A program made the translations under genes and the position numbers. The notes beneath the pieces were generated by a model. That model was given only the letters and a program-made list of their open reading frames with translations, searched no databases and was not told where the DNA came from. From Podarcis liolepis (taxonomy: Eukaryota), in the NCBI GenBank assembly GCA_965112155.1, contig OZ218100.1: a stretch of DNA of 64,000 nt. The stretch is one strand, 5' to 3'. Below, in pieces: positions 24,701 through 38,100 of this stretch; the first letter of the stretch is position 1; each line of letters opens with the position of its first letter.

Positions 24701-27227
24701 ACTCAAAGGTAAGCACTCCTATATTCAATTTGTCATACTGCCAGATAAACATGCATTGGACTAAATCTCAAGTGAAAAATGGCAGTGTCGCAAGATCACA
24801 CCTGTTTGCAATTTCTGTTATCTGCTAGTCGCGTCTGAACAACAGGTAAGTGGTACCTTCAGTCTGTGCCATTTGTAGCAGGAGTCCCATGGGACTTCTC
24901 CACAGGAATATTATTCAGCTTAGAGAAAAACCTATGGGCAGCGTTTAAGAGAGTGAGACTATTTCAGAACCGCCTGAACTAACTTCTTAGCTTTTAGAAT
25001 CTGAGAGAAGCTGACTTGCAAGAACAGAAGGTCTTTTAGAAGGAAACCCCACTGGGACACAGAAACGGAGGAGTGCAGGCTGGTTACTAGGGCGAAAGGT
25101 ACTCAGAAGTGATTGCAGACATTTTTCAGCAACAAAACCACTTCACTGGTTTTGAAACTGCTTTAGCAGTTTCATAAAAGTCTCTTTTGACGGTTAACAT
25201 CTTTTCTGTTCTTTCTTTTTTCTATTCTCTTCCTGGCCTACAAAGGATGGAAAACCCTGCCTGAGTGTGATTAAACCAGCAGAGCATGGCAGCCCTAAAA
25301 CTCACTAGAGTAAGAAGAGAAAGCTTTAAGGAAGAGGGGAGAGGTGCTTCTTAATCTGGCCAACACTGGCATGTGACCCTCGTGCTGAAAAGGTCTCCCA
25401 TTACTGATATAAGCAGAGGGACACCCAGAGAGAATAAGTAGGTGATGGAATTGGTGAACAAATACCTCTGATATTTACCTTTGTCATTCTGTTTGGCAAA
25501 GCAGAGTCCTGGATGAAGATTATGGTTTACAATTTGCATTAAATCCATACGGTTGTTACTTTGCGGACACCATATTTCTGTAAATCTATTACGCAAGGCA
25601 GGCGACAGCTATGGGCAAGAAAATATTAAGTGCAGTTATTATGAAGGGAACTGCTCAGAGGAAAATTTAAGAATCTTCAAAGAGGGTTACTGGGATAAAA
25701 AGAGAAAACAGAAGAATTATAAAACGAGGGAAAACATATTGCTATAAATAATGTGTAAGAGAGTATCAAAAAGCACAATAGGTTAGAATAGTGTGTGTCA
25801 AAGAACAAAACTGCATAAAAATGAGTTTTACTTTTTTAAAATGAACGTTTTATTAGACCTAATTTATCCTTAGAAAAACGATTTACTCATACAAACATAC
25901 TTGCAGCTTAATAGTCTTGATATTTTATGACATTCTCAGAGGAGAATGACATTAATTCCTGCCCCTGAAATTCCTAATAGTCTTATAATATGATCTACTA
26001 CAGGATCCCAAACCAACCCACACTTCTTTATGCTGCATTTTCTTCATCATCGCTAATTTTATTAATCTCAACCATTTCCACATTTTTCCGATTAATTCTA
26101 TCTATCTATTTACTCGGTTCCAACAATCAAACAATCAACAATCAAACAATCAACAATCAAATTAGCTGTCAGAGCTCCATGTGGAGCTAGGTCGGGGCAG
26201 GGAATTTTTTCCAGTCTGATGGCCACCTTCCCCTGCAAAGGGTAACTATGTGGTGAAACAAATGAGATATGAATTTATACTGAAACAGCTTTTCCTAACC
26301 TTTTAATATTATTTTAGTACTCTTTACTCCTTGAAATGTAACCTACTTGACTTGAAAGGCCTGGTAGTAAGAGCTTTCCTGTCTCTTCCTCCCTGTGGTA
26401 ATTAGGTCATAAATAAAAGAACTGGGAGTGTGAATGTGTGTGGTCTTTCTTACAGGTAAGGGCATGGGGCTCCCAAGCAGCTGTAGCCTACGAAGGACAG
26501 CCATGTGATAAGGAAAATGTAACTATCAAAGAGTCTGGGGTCTGGGAAAAGTAGGATGTGGGACTGGCTGCAATGCCTTACAAGCTTCTAGAAAAAGCCT
26601 AAGACCAAGTCAGAATAGGTATTTTTTTCATTCCTAAAACTACAGGTAATTGAAAGTGGCAGCCAGCACAGAACGGCATTTTCGTACATTACCTCTTTCT
26701 TCCCGAAGTCGCCGCCAGGATTCATTGTGGCTAAAATGCGAAACTTCTTTCCTGCCGTCAGCAGTTCTACTTCATTGTCCTCACTGGCTTTTTCAGCCAA
26801 CACCAGCGTCTTTTCAGTTTCAAGGACACTGAAATAAAACCACGTTCTCAGTATTTGTTCTCGTTAAATTTCCAAACATCCATACAAAACACTAGAAACT
26901 TGCCTAATCAACCGAAGCTTTGCAACTCGCGTTGTTTAGAGCAGCAAGAATCAGAAGAAGCCAGGGAAAAGTTAAGATTTATCCAATTTGCATTTGTGAA
27001 TGACACGCCAAGACAACAGACTAAAAAATGCCCAGTTTTCAAGTACATACCTATTTAGTCTTTCTAGAACAGAATCATCGGCCAATGAAATCTCATCCAT
27101 GAGAAAAAAGCCACCCTCTCTCATTGCTAAAACAAGGGCTCCATCATGCCATTCAAAGAGCCTAGAACTATCAAACTCCTGTTTGAAAGAAAAAAGGTAA
27201 GTCTGATCAAGTGTGTGTACATATACA

Positions 27228-27258
<31 letters not shown>

Positions 27259-30200
27259 TTGCAGACACACATTTTGTGGATTTTTCAAGCTCTCAATTAT
27301 ATCAGGCACCATAATGCCAACTTACCTCATCCTTTGATCTCTGCCTGACGGGTCGCAGTCCACCCAGGAAGTCAGAGGTCTCCATGTGCAAGTGACAGTT
27401 CACAGAATGTAATTTCCGACCAGCCAATGCTGCAAATATCTGACAAATAGTAGTTTTGCCACACCTGCATAACAAAAAGCTTGCAGTCAATTAAACTCCA
27501 GTGACTTGTCTGTTGCTCTACGCAAAAAATAAATAAAACTAATAATGAATATATTGAAGACTGGTTTACCCTGTGTCTCCAACCAGAAGTATAGGTTCAC
27601 CAAACTCTAATGCTCGGCCTGCCAAAATGGCAAGCCTTGTCATCCCTTGAGTCCACACAATGTGACTGAATTCATCACCCATTATAGATGTCCACTTAGA
27701 TGCTTTAGCTGGTTCAAAGTGGTAATAGGGTTGGGGAAGGAAACAAACAAAAACAAATTAATTAGCTTCAGGCAAACATTAAATCTTCTTTTATTATTGT
27801 TATCGTTTTTCAAATTTACCCATTTGCTTCTTTACGCTTTCTTCTGAGAAGAGGCGCTGGGGATGCAGCTTTCTCTTAAAGTGTTTTTCAATGACTGTTT
27901 GGATAACGTCAACTTCTTCTTGTTTCCTGACCCTTCCTGCCAGAAGCATAAATCCTAGTAACAGAAAGACAACAGTTTATCAGGATGTTCACCACTTTTG
28001 AAAAACAGTTGAAATGTGGCTACTGAACTGGACACACTGGCTGTGTAAATTGAAAAGAAACGAGTGGAGACTCACCGTCATTTGCTAAATGCTGAAGCCA
28101 GTCATACTCCTTCTCCATCTGTTCTGCTAATCGGTACCTTTCAGCCCAGCGAAAGAGATCCCGAAGGGTAATGAAACCATGCTTGCCAGCAAATACTGAG
28201 GAACCTCTGCGATAAGACTAGATTTAAAAGGACATAAAAGCATTCATGATCCAACACAATTTTCTGTACCCACAACTGAATTTTCCACTACTCTTGAAAT
28301 GCCTCCCCTCCTTACCAACAATTCTCCAAGTTGTCTTCGTAGCATTTTTGTGTCCAAATTTCACCAATATTTCAGTAATGACCATCAGTCCCCTGGGCCA
28401 AACATATTCTGGCAGGTTGCTATGTAGCACAACAATACCCCCTCCCAAACAAATCCCCCAAAGCCAATAAATGTGTATGCCTTGAGTATAAGACACCAAA
28501 CTACAACTAGGGCTCAAGTGACTTCTCTATTATTTTCTCATTAAGAGAAAAAAGATTACTGTCCATACCTGCAACTCCAGCATGACTTTGACAAGTTTAC
28601 TGCAGTACGAAGGTGGAAGGTCGCATCTTTTGTGCAGGATGGTTTCTAGCTCTGTACTTGGTAGCTCATCAAAATGCAGCTCCACAAATCTGTTCCTGAA
28701 AGCTCTGGACAATACCTTAAGACACACACACAAAAACCACCCGTCAAGTGTTAATCTACTGAGAAATTCACACACACTGAAAACACGAGTTTCCCACCCT
28801 CAAACAGTCAGCTAGTATTTCATGGCCACTGAACATGTTCATACTCAATGGGTTTGCCCTCTTAATCCCCGCCCCGAAGATTTCTGTGCATGTCTGCAAA
28901 CGGTGGGGTTCTCCCAACTCTGCTGACACCTCTCTCTTGTGTTTGGATGGTACCATTTTGGATTGGCAACTTGGAGACTGATTTCACTATTGGTTCTGGA
29001 TATGCTACAAAGACTAGAGTGTTTGACTAGCAGTGAGGAAGACTCAGGTTCAACTCACCACTTGGTATCCTAGGTCAGTCTTTCACTCAAACTACCACTC
29101 AGCCTAACCTACTGCACAGGACTAAGGTGAAAGAGAGAAATCACATATGCCACCATAAGGTCCTTGAAGAAATGGTGGAGTGTATGTGTAAATAGCAGTA
29201 TCAAAAGAAAGCCAGCTTCACCTGAGGAAACTATGTATGTACCTTCCTGCCTCCATAGAGCCCTGGAGGATTCTGTGTAGCAAAAAGCATGAATCTTGGG
29301 TGAGCTTTGACTGTTTCTTGGGTTTCTGTTATGAACAGCTCTCTGTTGTCATCCAATAATCTGTTCAGGGCCTCCAAAACATCAGTGGGTGCCAGGTTGA
29401 GTTCATCCAGGATTATCCAGTAGCCCTTTCGCATAGCATCAATGAGGACACCTATGAAGCATTTACAGAAAAAAAGAAATAAATGAGTTGCCCACTTGAG
29501 GCAAGCCAGGCAAGCATCTGTTTGAGCAAGTAGGAGAGCCAGCTGGCAAGGAAACACTGAGTGACTGAGGTAATAATCAAAGTCCTACCTTCCTTAAATA
29601 TCAGCTTCCCAGATGGATCTGAAGTATAACAGCCAATGTACTCTTGGATGTCAGTATGTTCATGATTGTTAATCCTAACACAATGGTTCCCGGTTGCAGC
29701 AGCCACCCAGCGTATTAAACTGGTTTTGCCAATGGATGTGTCTCCTTGAATCAACACTGGATAGGTCCTTAAAGAATCAGAAAACAGCCAAGTTGGATAT
29801 TGTGTTCTATGGTGGTGAATTATTACTATAACTATTATTATTATTAGAAGCCACAGTGGTACCTCCATTTAGGAACAACCCTGTTTACAAACTATTCGGT
29901 TTACAAGCTCCACAAAACTGGAAGTAGTGTCCCGGTTTGTGAACTTTACCTAAGAATGGAAGCTGAACGGTGGAAGGCACCGGCAGTGGGAGACCTCATT
30001 AGGGAAAGCGCGCCTCGGTTTTAGAACGGTTTCGATTTAAGAATGGACTTCTGGAATGGATTAAGTTCGTAAACTGAGGTACCACTGTACCTGATTGGCT
30101 TCAAGGTCTTTTTACAACATATACTGATTAAGGGCACTTCCAGAAATGAGAATTGGGCTTCCTGTTGTGTTGTGTGATAAAAAAAGAAAAATTTGCTGAA

Positions 30201-32091
30201 GTTCAGAATAAACAAGTCAAAACTAGGGACAACTGACAACAGTATTTGTGCTTCTTAATTGTCATGTTATACACCTCCTCCAGCAAATGTCTGAAACTTG
30301 AACTATGTATTTATTGTAGTCGTTCGCTCCCATGGAGCAAAGAGACACTTTTGTGTATTGTACATACTTGTTAAGAGTCTTAAACACTTCAAAATTCTGG
30401 TTTCTTAAAAACAAAACAAACAATTGCTTACATTCCTCACATTGCTAATATAGACTTGGAAATGTAGGCTGCCATCTTGTTTGCTTCCTGTTAGCAAGAA
30501 TGCAAAAACAAGGTGGAACGTAAACAGCCCCAACTCAGTGAATTTCAAGTCATGATTTCTAGGCCCATATACGTCAAAATTTGGCCACATAAACAATTCA
30601 CACCATGGGATCTCCAAAAGCAGAATTCCATAATTTCAAAAAGACTGAAGAACATGTATGGCATAGTTTATTCCAGAGTCATAGCAATGCTCCAGAAATT
30701 ATTCCAACTACAAGCAATCAAGAACAGAAACAGTTTTAAGTCACCCGCCCCCCGTTACTGCTGATGTAGAAAATATTTTCGTGCTTTTCTACAACAGAGA
30801 CATTTGTCAATTGCTTATATATTTGCAATACTGTTTTCAGTTAATTTTTGGCTTTTTGCAGTACCTATAAAATAAGAACATTATTAAATTAAAAAAATAT
30901 GAACTGTACCACAATTCAAGGAAGTATGCTCTCGTGAACAAATAGCAAGTGATTATTTTATTCTCACCAATTGAAATGAAACTATTTCCAAAGGAAAGAA
31001 AAAGGTACAGCTGAAGTCCAACATACCCAGCTGATACAACTCTGACGATGTCTCTGAGGTTAAGTTTAACTGAAGCTGTGAGCACATAAGTCTCATCCAC
31101 GGTTGGTTCCATGTCGCCAATTGAAATCCAGTATCCCTCTACCTTAATCATTCTCCCTCCTTTAGGCTCTGGTAACGACTAGAACGACATTACAGAAACA
31201 AAACCAGCTTATGTTATGAACTGCTATCTCCGCATAATAATTCTGTTCTTTGTTTAGCTAAGCAACACATTCTTAGAACCCCAGAATTCATGTGGTATTT
31301 CCTTCATATGTGAGATGCAGAAGATTATCATCCTCTGGTTATGGTATAATACACCAAGCAAGCACAGAGTCTACACCTGGTGTGGAAGAGAGGAGGGATA
31401 TATTAACACAATGGACTGGACTCCCTCTGAGAACAGAAGGACTCCTTCCATTCATGGAAGATTTTTGATCCAGCAGGCAGCATCTCATTGGCAGAAGTGG
31501 ATGAAAGCCCCCCTCCCAATCTTACACCCCTGAAATCACCTTTCACACTATTCTAGAAACGGCTCCAACAAACTGAACAATATTTCCAAATGCAGAAGGA
31601 AGGGGAACTGGAAAAAGTCACCTTCTCACCTTTCCATCAGCAGGAATGAACTCTAGATCTAAGCCAATGTATTTCCAAACCTTACATGGATTCAGCATTC
31701 CCGTAAGTGGGATTTATCTTATAGGGTGCTCGTATCGGGATTGGGTGGGGTGGGGAGGGAGTATTTTGTCAATTTCCACTTTCTCCTGCAGACCCGTCCA
31801 GATGGTTGGGAGACTTTCAAAAACAGTGTGAAAGGTACTGCTAGGGTATGCGCAGATGAGATCAGTAACAATTGTCTTCCACCTTCCTCCAAGCAAGGCA
31901 CTTTGATCAATGTCAGTCCATTCAGCAAACAGAATGCATCCTTCCAGGTGAAAATGGGAAACCCTTGATTTAATCCAGGGTTGGTAAAATTAAACTCAGA
32001 ATTCAAATTGAGTTTTGTTCTGTTTTATGTATTTTATGTCATATCCCCAAAAGAATTCTGAGGATGGGAGAACTCAAACTGAGAACAATTC

Positions 32092-32169
<78 letters not shown>

Positions 32170-35100
32170 TAATAAGAAATTACTTGCCTGCTTGAGGATG
32201 CTTTTCACGTTTCCAGACAGAATATGCTGACATATTAGCCTTTGAACAACAGGGTAAGAACTTCTGTCAAGCTGGGTGAGAAAACCCAAGCAAAAGCCCT
32301 ATCGAGAAGAAAACAGATTTGGGTTTTTTTTAAGTAGCTAGTTTCAAAGAGATTTTAATTGCTAATGCCAGAGAATTTCTCTCTCTCTTTGTCTAAAGAC
32401 GAAAGGGAAGAGAGAAGGAAGTTTAGGAACAGAGAACAAAGATAGTCACCTCATAAAGAGAGCGCTGTATGCTGCAGCATGGGTTGGATGATGCAAATTT
32501 CAAAGCTCTGCAGAGAGTACGAAGGCTGTAATGAGGTCTGTGGCCTGTCCCATCTACTAGTTTTGTTTCACACTCCTTTCTCACAGACAAATAAAAGCTG
32601 CAGAAGTGAAGGGTTATATATATATGAGAAGCATATTTTTCATGTATTACACTCATTTTTCTACCATATTAACAGGAGTTGATTTATCTAGGGGCTTGAT
32701 ACCTCAATGTGCTGTGGAGTTCCTTTTCCTGAATAAATATTGTCCCCTTCAAGATTGAATAAGGGTGCAAAAGAGATTTCACTCCATATTGTTGCTAACC
32801 AACCCAAGTAAGGCTCAGTCTATATATCACATATCAGTCTTCCAGAACATCTGGTGAAAGACTACAACTCCCATGAATCCCAATCAGCTTGGCCAACAGA
32901 TATGATGGGATGCACCAGGTTAGAGAAAACTGTCATAAAATATAAGCTTAATTCTAAATGACTGTACTAAGCCAAAATGTTCCCTTGCCTAGAAGTGGAG
33001 CACAGCTATGAAAGAGCAAGGGACCATCTGTATGGGTGTAATGCTCAGATTCTCCTTTTAGGCTTCATGTTGTATATATGCATAAATAAACCATATATCA
33101 TAAAAACACCACAGGCTCAACTGTGCCCCATTTTTCCAAAAGGAAATACAGATCCTGGGTTTATCATGTATGGGACCCCTGCAATTTCACACCACTCATA
33201 GAAATTGGAGTCGTGTATTGCAGTATATACAGAGTGAGGCCCTCTATGAGATAGTCCCTAAATATTCAGATGTATCCATTTAACAAAACTCATAAAGAAA
33301 CCTGTAAGCATTTTATAAAATATAACATTTAAATTATTGATAATTTTATTTAGGTATTTAAGATATCCAAAATATTAAAAACAGTGGTTAAAAATAAATG
33401 CTTTTCCCTCCATATTAATCTCACCCCAGCAATAGAAAAATAAAGTGGTGTAATACATTATCCAATAATAAATAGTTTTCTAAAGAAATTAAAGTCTTCA
33501 AACATGAAAATTCCTCATAAATTTCAGGAGTTAAGAGTTAGAATGAACTTCTGAACCACTGTCAGAGAGAAGAGGGCATCCATGTTATGCTAATACTCGT
33601 AGAATAAAATTGAAATACTCAAGGCTTCTGATTAAAATTTATTCAAATATTGGGGCTTAGAAAAGCAGGAAAAAGCCCACATTTCTTGACTGGCAGTGAT
33701 ATTTGCTAAGACAATGACACTCAGGGAGTGGTGCTCATACATATTTAGTAAAAACACGGAAAGCAAGTGGGATACACATCTGGAAACTGGTGCACAATTT
33801 AAATAAATTATTTGACGTTTTGAACTGTAATGAGCTCAAAGAAATGGCAACGCATAGAGGAAATTCAAAAGGCTGAAAAGCGCAATCTGAACTCTGAATT
33901 CCCATCACCTTCAGCCTGTGTATCCAAAGGTCAGGGATGATAGGAGATGCAGTACAGCAACTTCTGAGGACCACAGGTTAAGTACCCCAGTTTCAGAAAT
34001 AAGACACTACGTCAGTGCTTTTTTTTTCTTATTTAAAAATGTTTAGGAGTACTTTCATTTTCCTACTCATACTGAAATACTGTGCCTTAATGAGGTCAAA
34101 CTTAGATTCACAAAATGTTTAGGGGTATGCGTACCCCTGCTCCCCCCCCAAAAAAAGCACTGCTACAAGTTAAATACAAAACTTTCCCAAAGACTCTTAT
34201 CAAATCTTACAATTTATACAGTACTTTCTGTTCATCAAAAACTTACTTTACGATCCCTTGCACTACGCTCTTGCTCACATTTAGCCCTTTGAGATAATCC
34301 ATGATAAGAATCTGCAAGTCTCCTTCATTTTGTAACTCTTCTACGTAAAGTTCAGTGAACCTACAAGACAACATTACATTGTAAAACATCTGTCTGCTTA
34401 TTGATACCGAAGTCTGATGTTTGATCACGGACCCTAGCCTGTCGACATCACAACCAATTACAAACGTACTGAATTAAAGACTAGTAATAAAGTAGCATTC
34501 GGTGAAAGCTTGCAGATTACTTAGAAATCACATAATTCAGCATGGAGAAAGTCCCAGGTTCAACCCCCAAGAGCTGTAATTAAAAAGGAGTCAGGTAGCA
34601 AGCCTAGGAAAACACCTGCCTTTGGTCTTGGAGCACTGCCCCCGCCATCCCCAAACCTTTCTAGAAAGTTGGGGAAACCCCAGAACAGATTAGGGGACAC
34701 ACAGGGGAAGGGGGGGGGAGAGATGTCCTGCCATGCAAGCAGAAGTAATTCTTCTCTCACAAAGCACTACTTAGCGCTACACTGAATACAACCCCAAAAG
34801 TTAAAACATACCATTAAAAATAAAAAAATTTAAAACATGCAAAAATATTTAAATTGCACTTCTATTGGCTTATCTGAGCATTAGTTGTTTCTGGAAAAAC
34901 GCAGGCTTTTAACATAGGTAAATTTTGGAATCCTTTCATCTGCTATACACTCAAACCTAGGGTATTGGGTTTTCTATGATACTGCTGCTGAATTATTTTG
35001 AGCTCTGCAGGGGCAGTGATAAAACCATGCATTTGTCACTGATGTCACACTGTTTGTAAGTCAAAACCTGTTGAGCAATTCAGTGGGGAAATGAAAGTGC

Positions 35101-38100
35101 AACTGTAGAATTTAGTGCTTAATGAACACTTGACAAGCTACCATCAGCTCTTGCTTGCCTAGCTAATTTGGACTGCATGGGCTATGAAAGATCAAAGTGA
35201 GCATAAAATCCACTCATATACCCAACCAGCCTTTTATCCAGCTGTTTTGTAGCTAACATGTAATGCTGACAATCAGAAGATGGCCAACAGAGCAATGTAG
35301 ATCATTTCCCTTTTATTTTTCCCATGAGACCACTATATATGTCTAGTATCCAACTCTGAATCTGATGACATAAAGGACACTTGAAGACAACGGCAGCCCT
35401 CAAAGAGAATGTGCAACGTCTATTATTCCAGAGATTGGCAGCAAAAGGTATTTTGCAACATAGCAGCTCACCAGCATGCTTCAGCTATAGCAGGGATGAG
35501 GATGGGGAGTTAAGAGTCTTAATACAAACTGGCTGGCCACAGGTCCCTCATATCCCTAAGCTACTGCATGCCAATCAGAGATGTATGCAACACAGACCAA
35601 AAGAAGTACAACAGTCTAGGCTACTGCAAGCCACACACCTCAAGAGCTACAAGTTTTTCTCAGCTTTAAAATGGTTTTGTAAAAATGTACGTTCTGTATC
35701 TACCTGTTCCGTATTCCTGGAGGGAGGTTTCTTTTGCCAACATCAGTAGCTGGGTTCATGCAGGCAAACAAACGAAAATTTGAATGACGTACCAGGGGCT
35801 CTACAAGGAAAAAAATGCACAACCAACAAATTACAGTGCTGTTTGGCCTCAAAGTTTACAAGATATAGTGCAAAGAAATTAACTAGGCTCTATGAGCATC
35901 AGAAATAAAGGGCTTGGATATTTAGTGATCATCACCTCCTTTATGAATAATATAATCTTTTTTACAATTCCTCGTAATGGTGATTATATTGTGGGTTATA
36001 TACTCAAATTTCTTGAGTTTATTTCATTTACATTCCCAATAATTTGCTTTTGGGTCTGTCACATCTTTATATGCTCATCTATGGGTCAATGAACTTAGAT
36101 GACTTGAAACTATTAACTTCAACCTCTCATTTTTTTAAAAAAAGGAATTGAAAAAATACACCACTGCAGATCAGGAAAAGTTACTGCAACAAAAAACAAA
36201 AACAATACCTGTGTCTCCTCTATCCAGCAATATCAGTGAACCAGATAATCCTTCAAGTAAACCACTCAGACACTCTAAAGTTTCTGCTGCTGCCAAATTG
36301 ATCTCATCTAGTAGTATCCATTCTCCTTTTTTCACTGCTTGTGCCAAGGTGCCCTAAAAAACAAGACAAAATGACTCAAAATTAGCATTTGATAGGCATC
36401 TGGTGCTGCCCTCTATTTGGACTATGTTTTGAAAACTGCATTTATAGTCAGAGGGACCAGATAATTCCACAGTGGTATAAGCAGAATTCCATCTTTTACA
36501 TTGTTTTTAAGCAAGTTGGTGGGGTGGAAGCTCCTCATTTAATTAACTGCTTTTACCCTATAACTGTTAAATATCTGCAAACCCCTCTAAAGTGTTTCTA
36601 GTTGTACCTACTTTTTTTACCTAGCACCAAACCCTTTGCAACATTAACTTTTTTCCTCAATGAGGACTCATTCTTCCTGGCTTGCAAAGGAAATCTATTT
36701 CTCCTTCATTTTCAGCCAAGACTAAGGGGAGTAAAGGTGCTCATCACACAAGGACATTAAGTGAAACCTGGCTAGCCTGAAATCAAATGACAGCCTCCAC
36801 AGGCAAAAAACCCAGAAACTGTGTGTGTGTGATCCACATCACACATTTGAAAGCACACTGCTTCCTCCAAAGAAACCTGGGGACTGCAATTTACCCCTCA
36901 CAGAACTGTAATTCCCAGCACCTTTAACAAACTGCAACTTTATTTTAATAAAGTAACTTTAATATGCATCTTATGGACAAATATGCTCTTATGCACAAAA
37001 GGACTACCTCTACAAATGCAAAAACTAGAGCATTTTCTGTCATCTTCATCTGTTGTTTTGCATGGTCTAAGCGGATACCAAGTTCTTCCCACTTTTCCTT
37101 CAATGGTGAGCCTACAAAAAAAAAGGCAAGCTATAGTGAAATGTAGGATAAGATAAAAACATTCAAATTCATAAAATCACGTAATAGAATTTGTCATAGT
37201 GCAAAACAACTCTGAATATAACATAAGCCGCTCTGAAGAGAATAGCGTAAACTGAGGTGGAAGTCCAGTTATTCCAACAATCACCTTTAGACCAGTGATT
37301 TTATGAAATTTAAATCCTACTAGCAGAACAGGGACATTAAAATGAATTAACTGAATGAGTTGGAATTCAATGGACTGAGTAATGTTTGAGGTCAAGTAAT
37401 GCTCCAGTCATTTGTAATACATATGCAATCACCTCCTCTGTTTAAGCAAAATAATGCGCACAAATCTGTTATCTTTATTGAACACATCTGGATTCAGCCT
37501 TAGGAGGCTAGTTACTTAAACTGTATCTCTTTCCACTTCAGAGCAGTATTTTATATTTATCTTTATTTATTTATTAAATTTCTGTACTGCCTGTCAACTG
37601 AGGACCACAGGATAGTTTACAATATGAAAACACAAAAATACATAACATAGTAACAAACAAAACAATAAGCTTCCCCCCTTTAAAATGCAGTCAAGTTTAT
37701 ATTTTTATTATTATTATTAGGCTGGGATAAAGTTTGTACAACTTTAACAAGACCTTCACCTCTTCAGTCAAAGATGATGTGTGAGAATGTTAAATTCTTT
37801 CTGTCCTTTTATCTGACTATTCATTAAATAGTTCAGGAAGGCTTAACTGTGACTCCCAAGCATCTCCCACCTAAGTCACTGATCAGATTCACACCCACTA
37901 AGCTTCAGGAATGATATTGGATCATGTATCAGAAAATGCTATTTTTTACTGCAGAAAAGTTGCTTTTTCCCCTCTACTGCTGATCTCTCCATATTTGAAT
38001 TCTAAAGAAAAATCACACCCAGTACAGTGGTACCTCTGGTTATGAACTTAATTTGTTCCAGAGATCCGTTCTACCTGAAACCATTCTTAACCTGAGGTAC

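Noticed and set aside
25936-26050. Possible intronic C/D snoRNA (ATGATGA..CTGA on minus strand); other C-box-like hits also checked by eye
   Set aside because: No terminal stem or recognisable rRNA guide. A snoscan/Infernal Rfam search would be needed; a significant hit would overturn this.
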